Below are positions 13,801-27,335 of a DNA stretch of 64,000 nt, piece by piece. How positions within the stretch are numbered: the first letter of the stretch is position 1; every line of letters starts with the position of its first letter. Location of the stretch: the NCBI RefSeq assembly GCF_036321535.1, contig NC_087446.1:57722001-57786000 (forward strand). The letters run 5' to 3'. A program made the translations under genes and the position numbers. The notes below the pieces were generated by a model. The model was not told the origin of the DNA, did not search any database, and was given only the letters and a program-made list of their open reading frames with translations. Source of the stretch: Camelus dromedarius. Its lineage: Eukaryota.

Positions 13801-14395
13801 ACGGCAACTATGAACACATCCAGAGGTGAGATTTTGGTTTCTAATACCATTCTCCAATAAAAGGAACCAGGTATCACTGGAGAAGTGTCTGATTAGAAGT
13901 CTGTGGCAAGGAAGATACAAGATGATCCTGAAGCATCTTAGAGTTCCAGAAAATAAAGAAATAATTTTTTAAAAAGCACAGTGATGGCTGTATATCAAAG
14001 GAAACAGTAGCCAACTGAAAGGGGTCCCAATGGCCAAAGCTGGAAAAATTTAGCAACAAAGTAAGTTAGCACTGACTGGATATAATCAAAGTATAAAATA
14101 AATATCCATGAATCCATACCGATATAAATAAATAACTGAATAAATTAATAAATGAGGAAGAGTACACAAATTACCCATCTTATAAAGGAATCCCAAATAA
14201 TTTACATAGATACTTCCCCTTCAAGGAGGCAGAGCCATATTCCCACTTTTTCAGTGTGGGCTGCACATGGTGACTTCCTTCCAAAGAATACAGTGTGGGA
14301 AGTGGAGGCTGGGGAGACAGCAACTTTATTTTGGAGAACTCTAACAAAAAGTACCACAGCTCACATCAACAGTGATAAATCATGTTGGTAGTAGG
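10870..14395 (+). mobile_element. Old L1 (L1MC3/4-like) ORF2 relic plus long 3' UTR
   Basis: Decayed ORF2 text (ccacaaggccagcattactctaataccaaaaccag; gcagaaaaccacaaaacactgatgaaagaaatc) then 3' UTR. N block at 12589-12764. Confidence 0.8.
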
Positions 14396-14414
14396 AATAA
14401 TTAACAATTATAGT

Positions 14415-15475
14415 ATAAAAGACAACCTATGGACTGGGAGAAAATATTCACAAATGATGCAACTGACAAGGGCTTAATTTCCAGAACATACAAACAGCTC
14501 ATACAACTCAATAACAAGAAAACAACCCAATCAAAAAAATAGGCNNNNNNNNNNNNNNNNNNNNNNNNNNNNNNNNNNNNNNNNNNNNNNNNNNNNNNNN
14601 NNNNNNNNNNNNNNNNNNNNNNNNNNNNNNNNNNNNNNNNNNNNNNNNNNNNNNNNNNNNNNNNNNNNNNNNNNNNNNGAATGGCCGCTATTTAAAAGTC
14701 CACAAAATAAATGCTAGAGAGGGTGTGGAGAAAAGGGAACTCTCCTACACTGTTCATGGTAATGTAATTTGGTACAGATACTATGGAAAACAATATGGGG
14801 ATTCCTTTAAAAACCCCTAAAAATAGACTTACCCTATTACCCAGCAATCCCACTCCTGGGCATATATCCAGAGGGAACTCGAATTGGAAAAGATACACAT
14901 ACACACAATGTTCACAGCAGCACTATATACAATAGNNNNNNNNNNNNNNNNNNNNNNNNNNNNNNNNNNNNNNNNNNNNNNNNNNNNNNNNNNNNNNNNN
15001 NNNNNNNNNNNNNNNNNNNNNNNNNNNNNNNNNNNNNNNNNNNNNNNNNNNNNNNNNNNNNNNNNNNNNNNNNNNNNNNNNNNNNNNNNNNNNNNNNNNN
15101 NNNNNGTGAAGTAGGTCAGAGACAACTATCATATGACATCACTTATATGTGGAATCTTAAAAAACGATACAAATGAACTTATTTACAAAAGAAAAAGAGG
15201 CTCACAGATATAGAAAACAAATTTATAGTTATCAAAGAGAAGGGAGGGAAGGAGAAGTAAATAAGGAGTTAGGAATTAATGGATACAAACGGCTATATAT
15301 AAAACAGATAAACAACAAGGTTCTACTGTATAGCACAGGGAACTACATTCAGTATCTTACAATAACCTATAATATAAAGAATTTATACGTATTATGTATA
15401 ACTGAATCACTACATTGTATACTAGAAACTAACACAACACTGCAAATCAACTATACCTCAATAAAAGAAATAAAA
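14415..15475 (+). mobile_element. Younger 5'-truncated L1 3' end
   Basis: aaaagacaacctatggactgggagaaaatatt...caaatcaactatacctcaataaaag plus an A-rich tail. N blocks at 14545-14678 and 14936-15105. Confidence 0.85.
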
Positions 15476-17835
15476 ATGAAACAGTACACAAATTTTGCCT
15501 GCTTCATTTTCTAATGTGAAGGAAGCACTATTTAATGAAATTTTTCAGACAACCAACTTCATGGGTTTTATGTGTGTATTATTAGTCTCTCAGTTTTTGT
15601 TGCATCTTGTTGTATGTGCCTATCCACTAGCTATAGCTTACCTAAAATAGGCGCTCAATATATTTACTAGCAAATTTATAACAAATAAAACCTTTGAATA
15701 GCACATTTTATATTCTTGTGGCCCTTCTCTTGCTATTTTTGGCTTCTTCACAAGTTTACATTTTTAATTAAAATATATTGCCTTGGCAGAAATTAATTTC
15801 AAGTAAAAATAAAACAACATTGACAATATGAAATCCAAAATTTCAAAGACTGCTATTTCCTCATTGTTGTTCTTTGCATTATACACCTCTCTGACATTTA
15901 AGGTTTTTAAAAAATATTTTCCCAAAGATACTTAATTAAAATTATTCAACTAAATTTGGGATGAACTAATCAGCACCATCTCTCTCCAGAGGCATTTTAA
16001 TTGTTTCACTGCGAGAATCCCCTGTGACTGTTTTGAGGGAAAAATGGATAAAACCAGTCTGTTTGTTTCGGAAACAATAGTTAGAAACCCTAGTCTTCCC
16101 ACTGGAAAGTAAAGAAAGTAAAACAAAAATTAGAAGCCATCTTTCTTTCAAAAGTTACTCAGAACCAAGGAAGATACTGTATCACTAGGTCTTTCTTTCA
16201 TCTAAGGTTAGGACGTTGCCACTGAATGGAAATCTGGGGAAAGGAGAGGGAAATGGCCTTGGGCTGTGCAACTTGGAATTGTTCTTTACATTCCAAGGAT
16301 TTTCCTTCTCTCAAATTTCTACTCAAATGCCATGCAGCTCGCCTCTTTTCCACAGCTATTACTTCTTGACTCTCACTCAAGAAGGTCTGAGCTGTCTCCC
16401 TGTGAACTAAGAGCTTCACTTAATTAACCAGCAAAATATATAACTTTAGCACCTCTATTTGCCAGTTTCACTGAAGTAACTACTGCCCTGATGCTACTTT
16501 TTTTTTTTTCTTTTTTTAATCTATTTAGTTTTTTGAGAGTTTTACCCACATTCCAGGAAAGTGTGCTCTCTGGTTCTGCTGTGTAACCAGTTAAAACCTT
16601 AGGACAGTGGTCCATTTTGCTGCAATTCTCTCCCACTTCCAGGGCTTCTAGCTTTACTCCTAAACAACGAGTTAGTACCAGAGACATTGTTACTCAATAA
16701 AAAAAACTTTGCAATACTACCTGAGTCTCAGACGTTCAGACTTTACATGAATGGACTACTTGGGACAACCCACAGAGCTTCTGCTACCATGTCACCAACC
16801 CTTTCCTGCAGCACAATCTTCAGAACCTCTTGAATACTCGGCCTGCCATCTGAATGTAACACCTTCTACCAGCTAGTGGGACTATGTCACCTTTCTGTCT
16901 GGGCCTTCTCAACTTCAGGAATAAGCTTTCTCCTGGATTATTCTTTAGTATGTTCCACCTCACTCTATGCAACCAAGATCATTCGGCCAAATTCCACCTA
17001 CACACTATGTAAGTATGTTATTGCATAAGAAAATCAAAGGCAGGAACAAGTTGTGAAGTCTATGCATACTCCAAAGTTAAAGCACCACACACTGACACAC
17101 AGTTGAAGTAAAGTAACAGAATATTTGGGTTTGAAAAGTCAAATTGCTACCACATGGGCTTATGTAATGGTAAGCATATTTTTCATGTCTCACCTCATTC
17201 ATTTTTCCATTTTCTAATCAATTTATAACTTAGATCAACTAACTTTGGTTGTAAGAATCTCTTCTTAAAAAGCAATAGATTACTATTTAATTCAGAAAAG
17301 AAAAACTTTAAGTTCTGAGTTTGTTTAGGAGAATATAAATATCAATTTTGATGGCCCTGAGTCTTTCAGAAAGTTATTAATTATCCATGTAGCCAGGAAT
17401 AACATTAAAAATTTTGAAAAAACTACAGAAAATAACAAATTTAAAAGGTTTCATATTCAGAAAAATCATTAGAACATGTGGTCACTGAACATTATAACAT
17501 TTTATAGAGTTCTGCTTAATTTCTTCACACATACAACTTTTAAAAGAAAGTAAAACACATTTGATAAGTATATTTTTCTTATTCATATAAGATTATTAGA
17601 CTTATCAAGTGACTTACTCAATATTATATGGCTAGTGATCTACAGATGTAAGAGTTTTTTTTATCCTGGTTTACATATATTTTCAAAATTCAGTACAACT
17701 TGGTGTTTAATTTATTGGTTCATTATAGTATATATTTCTTAAACCAGCAGAGATGATAAAAAAAGTAACCCTGCACTCACTAAATCTTTGTTTCTTATTT
17801 GCATTTACAGACCAGGAAGAAGTCAGCAATAAGAA

Positions 17836-18762
17836 ATGAAAAATCACACGTCTGTGAAAGAGTTCATTCTTCTCGGATTAACAGATGACCCAGAGCTAAA
17901 TATTCTCATTTTTCTATTTCTATTTTTCACATATACACTGAGTATAACTGGAAACTTGACAATCATCACCCTCACTCTGATAGATTCCCACCTCAAAACT
18001 CCCATGTATTTATTCCTTAGGAATTTCTCTTTCCTAGAAATCTCATTCACAACAGTTTGTATTCCTAGATTTCTGGTCAGCATTGTAACAGGGGATATGA
18101 CCATTTCCTATAATTCCTGCATGGCCCAGGTGTTTTTTTTCATACTCCTTGGTTCAACGGAATTTTTCCTTTTGACTGCGATGTCCTATGATCGGTATGT
18201 GGCTATCTGCAAGCCACTGCATTACACAACCATAATGAACAGCAGAATCTGCAACCAGCTTGTCATTGGTTCTTGGCTGGCTGGATTTCTCATCATCTTT
18301 CCACCTGTGATCATGGGACTTCAGCTGGATTTCTGTGACTCCAACATTGACCACTTCACCTGTGATTCTTCTCCTATGCTACTGATCTCCTGCACGGACA
18401 CAGCACTCCTAGAGCTCATGGGATTTTTCCTGGCAGTATTCACGCTCATGGTAACCTTAACATTAGTGATCCTTTCCTATGTATTCATCCTTAAAACAAT
18501 TCTGAGGATTCCCTCTGCTGAGCAAAGGAAAAAGGCCTTTTCTACATGTTCCTCACACATGATCGTTGTCTCCATTTCTTATGGAAGTTGCATTTTCATG
18601 TATGTCAAAACTTCAGCAAAAGAAGGAGTGGCTTTGAACAAGGGTATAGCAGTGCTCAATACCTCTGTTGCCCCAGTGCTAAATCCTTTTATTTATTCCC
18701 TGAGGAACCAGCAGGTCAAGCAGTCCTTTAAGAACTTGGCCAAAAAAATGCTTCTCAAATAA
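17836..18762 (+). CDS. Olfactory receptor, OR6C subfamily, 308 aa, intact ORF (ortholog not assigned)
   Basis: NHT sequon, [52 protein letters not shown]. One residue shorter in ECL2 than its paralogs. Confidence 0.95.
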   Translation: MKNHTSVKEFILLGLTDDPELNILIFLFLFFTYTLSITGNLTIITLTLIDSHLKTPMYLFLRNFSFLEISFTTVCIPRFLVSIVTGDMTISYNSCMAQVFFFILLGSTEFFLLTAMSYDRYVAICKPLHYTTIMNSRICNQLVIGSWLAGFLIIFPPVIMGLQLDFCDSNIDHFTCDSSPMLLISCTDTALLELMGFFLAVFTLMVTLTLVILSYVFILKTILRIPSAEQRKKAFSTCSSHMIVVSISYGSCIFMYVKTSAKEGVALNKGIAVLNTSVAPVLNPFIYSLRNQQVKQSFKNLAKKMLLK

Positions 18763-19620
18763 ATTTTAATCATAAAGAAATTCATGACCTGAACTTTAAA
18801 TGAACCTTATGTCTAACACAATTATTAACATCATTATATTTTTCCATCCACTACTATATTCAACTTCCTTTCCCCTCAGGTTTTATTTTCCATGTATCCC
18901 ATTTTCACCTCATTTGATTCAACTATTTTTCTATATTGAAATGCCCTGAAAAATTTTTAAGCATGAGTGATTTGATGTCACAAAGTGAGAATGACATTTA
19001 ATAAAAATTCCAGAACTGAGTTCTAATAATCACCGAAGAACTTTCCCTTTGGGCATCAATCAAGAGCTAAATAAAAGTTACTGTCACACAATTTGAAAAA
19101 AATTATTTCTCCCAGTACATAAGATTGAAATAAACCTGTCTGTGAGGTAAAGCCTCCTACGTCTAGTGTGCTTCTATTTATCCTTGTATCTTACATTATA
19201 AATGTTGATCTATGCTATTTGGGGCATAGGGATTATACTCATTGCGAAGTCCATGCTTCAATATTATAACATACTTAGTGTTTTTTTGGACAAAATTCCA
19301 AAGTTACTACAAGTGTAGTGTTGACATTTCAGTAAAACCCCGATATCCTCACCATGAAGCACCTCTAATGAACTACAGGGATGATTGCTCCATGGCCCAT
19401 TATTTTCTTTTAATTTGCCAGTGATGAGTCTGGGGCTCATCTCAGGCTCCTATGGAAAGAACCTGGCATGCCTTTTCCTTCTTAAGATTCAGTTTCCTCT
19501 GATTTTTTTTGGCAATTAAAACCATATGCTTTTTCTCTCCCAGGCAATTTTCAAAATTTCTGATACACTGATGATATCCTAAAATGTTTTCCAGCATTTG
19601 TATGATTTCATTCTTTTAAA

Positions 19621-19650
19621 ATATATATATATATATATATACACACACAC
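19621..19650. repeat. (AT)10(AC)5 compound microsatellite
   Basis: Read directly from the sequence. Confidence 0.95.
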
Positions 19651-20619
19651 GTATATTTCAGAATTTTTATGGACATTGGACGATGTAGATTTAAGAATGT
19701 TTGCATTGCCCAACTTTGACATAAATCTTTTCTATAAGAAGTTCTTAATTCTAGCTGTATGCTTATAAGAATAAATCTTTGTTTAGTATTTATCCATTTG
19801 CTTCTTTATTACATTGTTCTACAAGGGATGCATGAACACATGAAATAATTTAATTTCAATTAGAACACTTTCCCTTAATGGATTCTCAATGCTTAGGTCT
19901 TTTTCCTTACCATTAAGAAACAAAATGAGTTCTTCTAACAAGTGTTAAGAGAAACAGGATTACACACATAATCAAAAACAGGTGAAAATTAACAAATTCT
20001 GGGTATGAATGTCTAAATCATTCATATATTTACATTTTCATATCTCAGCAAAAACATTTACTACATCTTCTTGTAAAAAGTGTTTTGCTCAATTTGATAA
20101 TAACTTCAGTTAGAACTGGATGTATACTGGACTCTTTTCTTAGGCATCATAGGTGTGAATTTTCTAGCTATTCCAGTATTATGTTTTTGTTTATCTCTTT
20201 GCTTTACAAGACTTTTTATTTTTCAGTTGTTGCTTTGGAGATTCTACATAAATATAAATACTTCCTTTGCACTTGTTGATGTAGATATGACTCAGGTAAT
20301 GTGATGCTCAATAATGTCCAGATCCTTCAGTGCATATGAGTAGAGAAACAGTGTGCTGGTGACTGTTTAACAACCAGTTCTCATAAAAAAATACACAGAC
20401 ATATTATAAATTTTACTAATATACAACATACAACAAAACATACAACAAACTTCATTGCAAATTCTGTGTGCCCAAAGGATTTTCACAGAATGATTTCATT
20501 GATTTTTACCTCACTCATGTCCATAATCAACCTATGGTTGCCAATCAATCACAATTTGACAAATAGATTTGAATTTGACACCACCATTCAAATGCACAAT
20601 TATAGTCATAAGTTTCAAT

Positions 20620-22170
20620 ACACTCAATAACTGGTAGAAAAAGTTTTTTAAAAATTGTAAATATATGGAAGACTTGAACAACCTTATCAAATGGACCTAA
20701 TTTATATTTTTAGAATATTCCACTCAATATTAAAAGAATACTCAATCTTTCCAATATCACACAAAACATTATCTAATAGACCATACTCTGGGATACAAAA
20801 GGTCTCAAGAAATTTACAAGATTCAAGCCATACATTGAATGTTTACTGAATACTGTGCAATTAGAAGTCAATATGGAAAACTATGTGGAAAATTCACTAA
20901 TATTTGAAAACAAAATAATATGTTACTATGTAATCTATGGGCTAAAGGAAATCAAAGAAAAATTAAAATACAGTTTAAACAAACTGAACGTGAAATAACA
21001 TATCAAAATTTTTAGAATGCAGCTAAAGCATTATTTACTTTTTAAGATTCTTAATTTGAATTTAAGATTCTAAAATTATATTGGAAAAGAAGGAAAGTCT
21101 CAATCAACGGCCTCACCTTCCACCTCTATGAACTAGAAAAATAAGAGAGTAAATCAAACAGAGTAACCTGATGAAAGGGAATAATACGGATCAGTGTGGA
21201 AATCAATGAAACAGGACACAGAAAAGTAAATAAGAAAATATCAATAAAAACAAAATCTAGTTCTTTGAGAATATCATTAAAATTGATAAATTTCTAGATG
21301 AGGAAAAATACAAAGATACAAATTACCAGTATCAATGAAGAGTAACTTTGTATCACTGATATTTTATACTTATTGAGGATAACATGGAGATTTTGAACAA
21401 TTTTAGGCGTATTAATTAAAAAATGTAAATGAAATGGGAAAATTCCTTGAAAGACATAATAAAAGCTCACTCAAGAAAAACAATAGGTATAATTGGCCTA
21501 TACGTATTGCAGAAATTGAACTTACAATTAAGAAACATTCTACAAAGAAAACTCCACATTCACTGGTAAATGCTACAAAATATTTAAGGAAGTAATACTA
21601 GTAATTGTTCACAAATTCTCCCAGAATATATTAGAATAAGGAATGGTTTCCCACTTAACCTTTGAGGACAGAATTATCCTGAGAGCAAAACCAGAAAACA
21701 GACATTATTAGGAAAAAATAGTGGCTAATCTTACTCATGAATATAGTTGAAATACTTAAAAGTAAATGGCAAATAAGTCTAATAATGTGTAAGAGTTTAA
21801 TTCATTTTAGTCAACTAGAGTTCATCTCAACAGTTGCAGGAAAACAACTGAAAATGTTTAACATGCCTATCTGACAAAACTCTCAGCAAGTAGATCTAAT
21901 AAATGGGAAATAGCAAAGGACATATAAAATATAGTAAAAGAGAAAAAGAAACTATAGCTAACATCTTACTTCACTGTGAAAACCTCAAGCATCTCAACCT
22001 AAGAAAAAAAATAAGTCACGATGTTCACTCTTACTACTTCTACTTAACATTGTACTGTAGATTCTAATTTATGTAATAAATTAAAAAATAAATAAAATAT
22101 AAAAGCATTCATATTGGAAAGGAAAACATAAAACTGATTTTATTTGCCAACAATGTAAGCACCTTCACAG
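20620..22170 (+). mobile_element. Ancient L1 ORF2 relic (endonuclease end to RT start)
   Basis: gaagacttgaacaacc..., gaccatactctggg..., aattttagaatgcagctaaagca and gaaaagctagttctttgag-like text; heavily decayed. Confidence 0.7.
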
Positions 22171-22179
22171 AAAACTCTA

Positions 22180-23230
22180 TTGACTTCCTGTTTCAGCTCC
22201 AACATGTAAAGAGCTTGGAAAGTGTAACCTCTGCTTTACGAAAAGAAAAAGGTGAAAAACTCAATATTAATAACTTCATTTGGATCCATCAGAGAAGTAA
22301 AGTTGCTGGGTAAATCGCACCCTGAAATCTGGAGAAACAGGAAATCCAGAGTCACAGTTGAGATCTACTTGCTCAGAACATGTTACTAAAATCGTAAGTG
22401 GGTAGGAACACTACAATAGTAATTGTGACAAATTACTGGAACTGAGCACTTACTGCATGAAAGTAAGAATTACCTAAGGATTATCATAGAAAGGGGTTCC
22501 CCACCAGGTTCTTAAGGTGAAGATCTGAGAAAAGTCTCATCCTGGTTCAGGCAAGAAAGGGAAAGAGTAACCATTCTGAAACAACCTCAGAATATTCTTC
22601 ACACAGAGGTCTATACCAATGGAAAAGATTTTACCAGAAACATTTATGAAGGCCCAGAAACACAAGCCCACTAAAAAACTAAGATTTAATCATAGGATCA
22701 TAGAATGCTATCCTCCTGCCGCAATTTAGAACCACACCAACAAAAATCAAAGTATCTCGCCCAAAACACTTAATAATTTCAGAGGGAAATCTTTAGAATG
22801 GAGATCTAGGAGATACCATTAACCAAGTTTAACAAAGTTAATATCAGTAATAAGATTTACAGATATCATATATCTGACAAACAAAATTGGGATGCATTCT
22901 ACAAAATACTTGATCAATACTCTTCAAATACATAAGGTCATGAAAAACAAGGGAAGAATTAGGAACTTTCACAGGTTGGGAAAAGTTAGGAACATGATCT
23001 CTAATACAATGAAGGATTAAGGATCTGATCCTCAACAGATAAAGGGCATTGATCGAAAAACTGACAAAATCCAAGTTAAGTCTGTAATTTAATTATTAGT
23101 ATCATACCAAAATTAATTTCTTAGTTTTGATAATATTCTATGGTTAAATAAGATGCTGTACTTAGAGGAAGATGAGTAAAATATATGAAGAAATTCTGTA
23201 CTATTTTTGTGAGTCTTTTAAAACTAAAAT
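22180..23230 (+). mobile_element. L1M4/L1MC-type 5' UTR fragment joined to an L1MC-type 3' end
   Basis: gacttcctgtttcagctccaacatgtaaagagcttggaa...ggatccatcagag (5' UTR-like), then from ~22820 gtcatgaaaaacaaggg...ttcttagttttgata (3' UTR-like). Confidence 0.6.
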
Positions 23231-23374
23231 TATTGTAAAATAAAGGCTCTTTAAAATCTGGTGCCTAATCCCATCTTCCTAAATGCAAGAAATATTCTAC
23301 TAGCCTTGGATAACCTCATAAAATGGTTTGTGCTGTGGTTACACCACCTCCCTCTTATTCAAAGTCATGTCGGT

Positions 23375-24110
23375 TGATTCCTTATCCACTCATCCATCAA
23401 TGGACACCTAGGTTGTTACAATGCTTGACTAAATGTAAATAATGCTGCAATAAACACAGGAGTGCAGGTATCTTTTCAAGTTAGTGTTTTTATTTTCTTC
23501 AGATAAATATCCAGAAATAGAATTGCTGGATGGTATGGTAGTTCTATTTTTAGCTTTTGAAGACTTTCCATACGGTTTTCCATAGTGGTTGCATCAATTT
23601 ACATTCCCACCAACAGTGCACAAGAGTTCTCTATTCTCTACATCCTCTCCAATANNNNNNNNNNNNNNNNNNNNNNNNNNNNNNNNNNNNNNNNNNNNNN
23701 NNNNNNNNNNNNNNNNNNNNNNNNNNNNNNNNNNNNNNNNNNNNNNNNNNNNNNNNNNNNNNNNNNNNNNNNNNNNNNNNNNNNNNNNNNNNNNNNNNNN
23801 NNNNNNNNNNNNNNNNNNNNNNNNACCATTTNNNNNNNNNNNNNNNNNNNNNNNNNNNNNNNNNNNNNNNNNNNNNNNNNNNNNNNNNNNNNNNNNNNNN
23901 NNNNNNNNNNNNNNNNNNNNNNNNNNNNNNNNNNNNNNNNNNNNNNNNNNNNNNNNNNNNNNNNNNNNNNNNNNNNNNNNNNNNNNNNNNNNNNNNNNNN
24001 NNNNNNNNNNNNNNNNNNATTTCTGTTTTTCTTGCTCTGCCAAAAAAGTGTTGCCAAGACCAATGCCAAGGAGCTTTTCCCCTGTTTTCTTCCTTTTCTT
24101 TTATGACTCA
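23375..24110 (-). mobile_element. L1 ORF2 C-terminus/3' fragment, antisense
   Basis: atccactcatccatcaatggacacctaggttg...ttacattcccaccaacagtg. N blocks at 23655-23824 and 23832-24018. Confidence 0.85.
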
Positions 24111-24200
24111 TTTGTGAAAAAGTGACTTTAAAATAATGGACAAAAATATTCTTTCCAAGGGCATTTTTTTTTCAGAGATTCAGTTCTGTACCGCTTCTTA

Positions 24201-24274
24201 AGGGACGGGAAGGGAAGGGAAGGGAAGGGAAGGGAAGGGAAGGGAAGGGAAGGGAAGGGAAGGGAAGGGAAGGA
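24201..24274 (+). repeat. (AGGGA)14 pentanucleotide polypurine microsatellite
   Basis: 14 units from 24201 to 24270, with one variant unit (CGGGA) at 24206. Confidence 0.97.
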
Positions 24275-24959
24275 AAAAATTTAAATTCAGTCAAATATCA
24301 CTGAGTATATCCACTCTTCAAAGATTAGAGATTTCCTGGTTGATAATGGTGTAAGAGTAACATAACTCCTTCAGAGAAACTCATACTATTAGGTTTTATA
24401 TTGTCTTTACCACTGCCTCATAATAGAGCACTATTTACCAAAAGCATTACTTCTAGCCTACAAATCCTCCCTATTATGCAAAGTAACAGCTATTATTTTT
24501 AGCTTTGAGTTTCATTGTAGAGTACAGACCACGTAGTCTGGCATCCCCATGACACTATTAATTGAAGCCTGGAATCCACTATGCTAATGACCTAACTATA
24601 ATTAAAGTATAGCATACCCAATCTTGGATCATATAGTTAATCTATTCTAAATCCAAGTATGCAACTATTTATTTTAAGAAATCTGTAATACTTTGTTAAA
24701 TTTCTCAACTAAAAATGCACGGCCTTCCCTAAAGAGAAACTCAGTTGTGCTCAACAAAATACTTCTTCATTGTTTGTACTATAGAACCACCTAGATTAGG
24801 ATTTCTTCTGAGTCCTAATTAAATTTTGACCTCATATGCATGTTTTCTCATTGAAATTTGCAAGAAAGCCAATGATAGTCTTTCTTCATTTAAAATAATA
24901 ATCAGAAAAATAATTTGAAAAATAAGGAAGAGATAATGTTTCCATCCGTTTTTCCCTTT

Positions 24960-25080
24960 GTTCCATGGAAAGTTCAATATTATAGGTAGAATTCTAAATC
25001 CCTCCAATACTTAATGGCTCCCAAGGGAACTCAATTAAAAAGTGTCACTAAAATTAATTGCATTGTAGATGTACTAGTTT
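24960..25080 (+). promoter_or_regulatory. Candidate promoter of the OR6C65-like gene (homeodomain and O/E sites)
   Basis: TAATGG 25012-25017, perfect TCCCAAGGGA 25019-25028, CAATTA 25032-25037. Aligns with the block at 32741-32800. Confidence 0.55.
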
Positions 25081-26259
25081 TCCTGTCTCCAGAGAGGTTT
25101 CGTTTATGTTTCCATCAAAAGCAAACTCTTCTGTTAACATTATACTCAAAAATATATAAAATGTGTCTGTTTCTTTTGGAGAAAACCTTTTTGGAAAATC
25201 TGTATCACTGAGCAGTATCAGAAAAGTCATGAAACACATGACATTTAAAATCCAAAACAAAATATTTTTGCAAGTTTGCTCACTGGATTTTTCTCATCCT
25301 CAAAGATTGAGTATTTGACTGAGAAAAGGATGGTTTATGATAAAGAAAATCTGAATAAAATCTTTACATTTTAAATAGTGAATGCAGAAATGTGAATTAG
25401 TTTTATAAAATGTGTAAAAATGAGGGAAGCCTTTTCTAAGAAATTATGTTGCTCTTACTATAGATAATTAGAAAAATATTTATGTTTAAGCTATGACTCA
25501 GATCCATCAAGGACTCTCATAAATGTGAGTATGTTTCTTCTTTAGCCACATCTTTAATTATCTTTCTAAATCATGTAACTCTAACAATTGCTCTCTTTGA
25601 ATTGTAGCATGAGGGCATTTTGTCAATTCTTGCATTATTTTCTCTGCCTATAGCATCCTAAATTTGTCACAGCCGAACTTATAAATGTATCATAAGCTGC
25701 ATTCTGCCTCAGGAGGGAGCCAGGTAGCATATTTTTAGCCAAATCTAAACGTGTGTGACCAAACATAATCACACCAGCCACAGGATCCATTAACCCACAC
25801 TTTTGTGACCTGCACATTCCTATTAACACACATTTTGAGTCTGTTATTAAATCAGACTACCCTCATAGTTCATCCAATTACAACCAGTCTGGTTTCTCTC
25901 TTTTTAGTACTAGTAGCAGCACATCACTACACAGATAAATACCTTTCAAGATATTGAGCATCTACCTCACTGGGATTCCAAAACTCTCCTTAGCAAAAGT
26001 TCCCATTCTTGACACACATGGATATTCGTATCTTTATCTTTCAGGACTGACTGTTTCAGAATAATTGATATATGAATGCAGAGCGAAATACATCCAGCTA
26101 AAGAAACCTCTGGGTTTTGAAGCCAATTCAAATCTGGGCTGCATACACATTATTTGGTCATTAATTTGTTCTTTAATTCATTAAAGAAATTGAATAAGAA
26201 TCAGTGTGAAAACATGAGGAATGGTGCAGCAGAAGACAGACATGGAAGCTAACCTATCT

Positions 26260-26350
26260 GTATATACCTCTTATGTGACCTCAGGTAACCCTTCTGCACA
26301 ATTTCCTCATCTGCAAAATGAATCTCTTAATAGGACCTACCAAAGGCGTT
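26260..26350 (+). mobile_element. MIR relic
   Basis: tgtgacctcaggtaacc...aatttcctcatctgcaaaatg is a MIR core. Confidence 0.65.
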
Positions 26351-27335
26351 TTTAGGCACAGGGTAAAAGGCTATTTCGATCTTTACTATAATATTAATAA
26401 TATGGATAATAATAATAACAATAATAATCAATAATAAAAATGCATTATATTTTTATATGATTAATTATTGCTATTATTGCTGCTATTATCTTTCTTCCAA
26501 TATACTTTCTTTCCCTATCACATCCTCAGAAACTAGTCTGATAAACAATAAAGTTACCAGATTATTATTATTTTTGAAAGCAGAGCTTGATAAAGGCTGT
26601 TATGCAATAACTTCCTGAAATAATTAATCTTAAAGAAAGTAGTATGATCTTTCATTGTTGACATGATTGATTATATTTAAGGAATCCAACTGGAATTTTT
26701 ATCCTATGACTTTATTTATTGATAAGGGTTGGCATTGTACTTATGCCACCTTTAGTCAGAGGAGTGAGTAGAGTCAAGTTGGGATAAAGCAAAAGGGAAT
26801 TAATTTCAATGAACTGCCCATAAATATTGTATTTTCTGTTTAAATTTTTACTATGAGTAGAAACCAAAACCTACAAAAAGACCGCATCCTGATTCAAAAG
26901 TAAGTTTTCCAAAAGCAAAATTAGCATACAGAATTTTATGGGTATTAAGTCTTCAAAAATACTATTTATTCGATATATATTAATCTTCCCAACGAAGTAA
27001 ACTAAGTATTTATCATTATTACCTACTTTTATGACTGTAAAAAAACAACTTTATGTATGTTAAGTAAGTAATCAAAAATACACAGCAGAGAATTATCAAA
27101 GCTGAGATTAAACTCTTGAGTTTTTAAAGTAATAAAACATTAATTTTTCCCCATTAAATAAATTCCAATATGAGTTTGCAATTCTGACGGATAAGTATTT
27201 TGTCACTTCACATTACTGTATGCTTTATTGTTCTTTGTGTAGAATAAGAGCACTACAAATGTATTTGAGATCACACCGGGAGTTGATACCCACTCTTATT
27301 TTTACCTACAGACCTGCAGAATCCAGAATTTAGTC

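Noticed and set aside
19366-19381. TAATGA-A-CTACAGGGA composite-like motif
   Set aside because: The O/E half is degenerate and the motif is isolated; too weak without conservation data.
19415-19515. C/D-box snoRNA-like layout (GTGATGA 19421, CTGA 19499, TTGCCA/TGGCAA flanks)
   Set aside because: The stem is displaced from the D box by a T run, no C'/D' boxes or guide were recognised, and there is no host intron. Likely chance; an Infernal/Rfam search would settle it.
20345-20560. Possible hAT-type transposon relic (cagtgtgctggtgactgtttaacaaccagttctc)
   Set aside because: Only a vague resemblance; neither a second terminus nor a TSD was identified.
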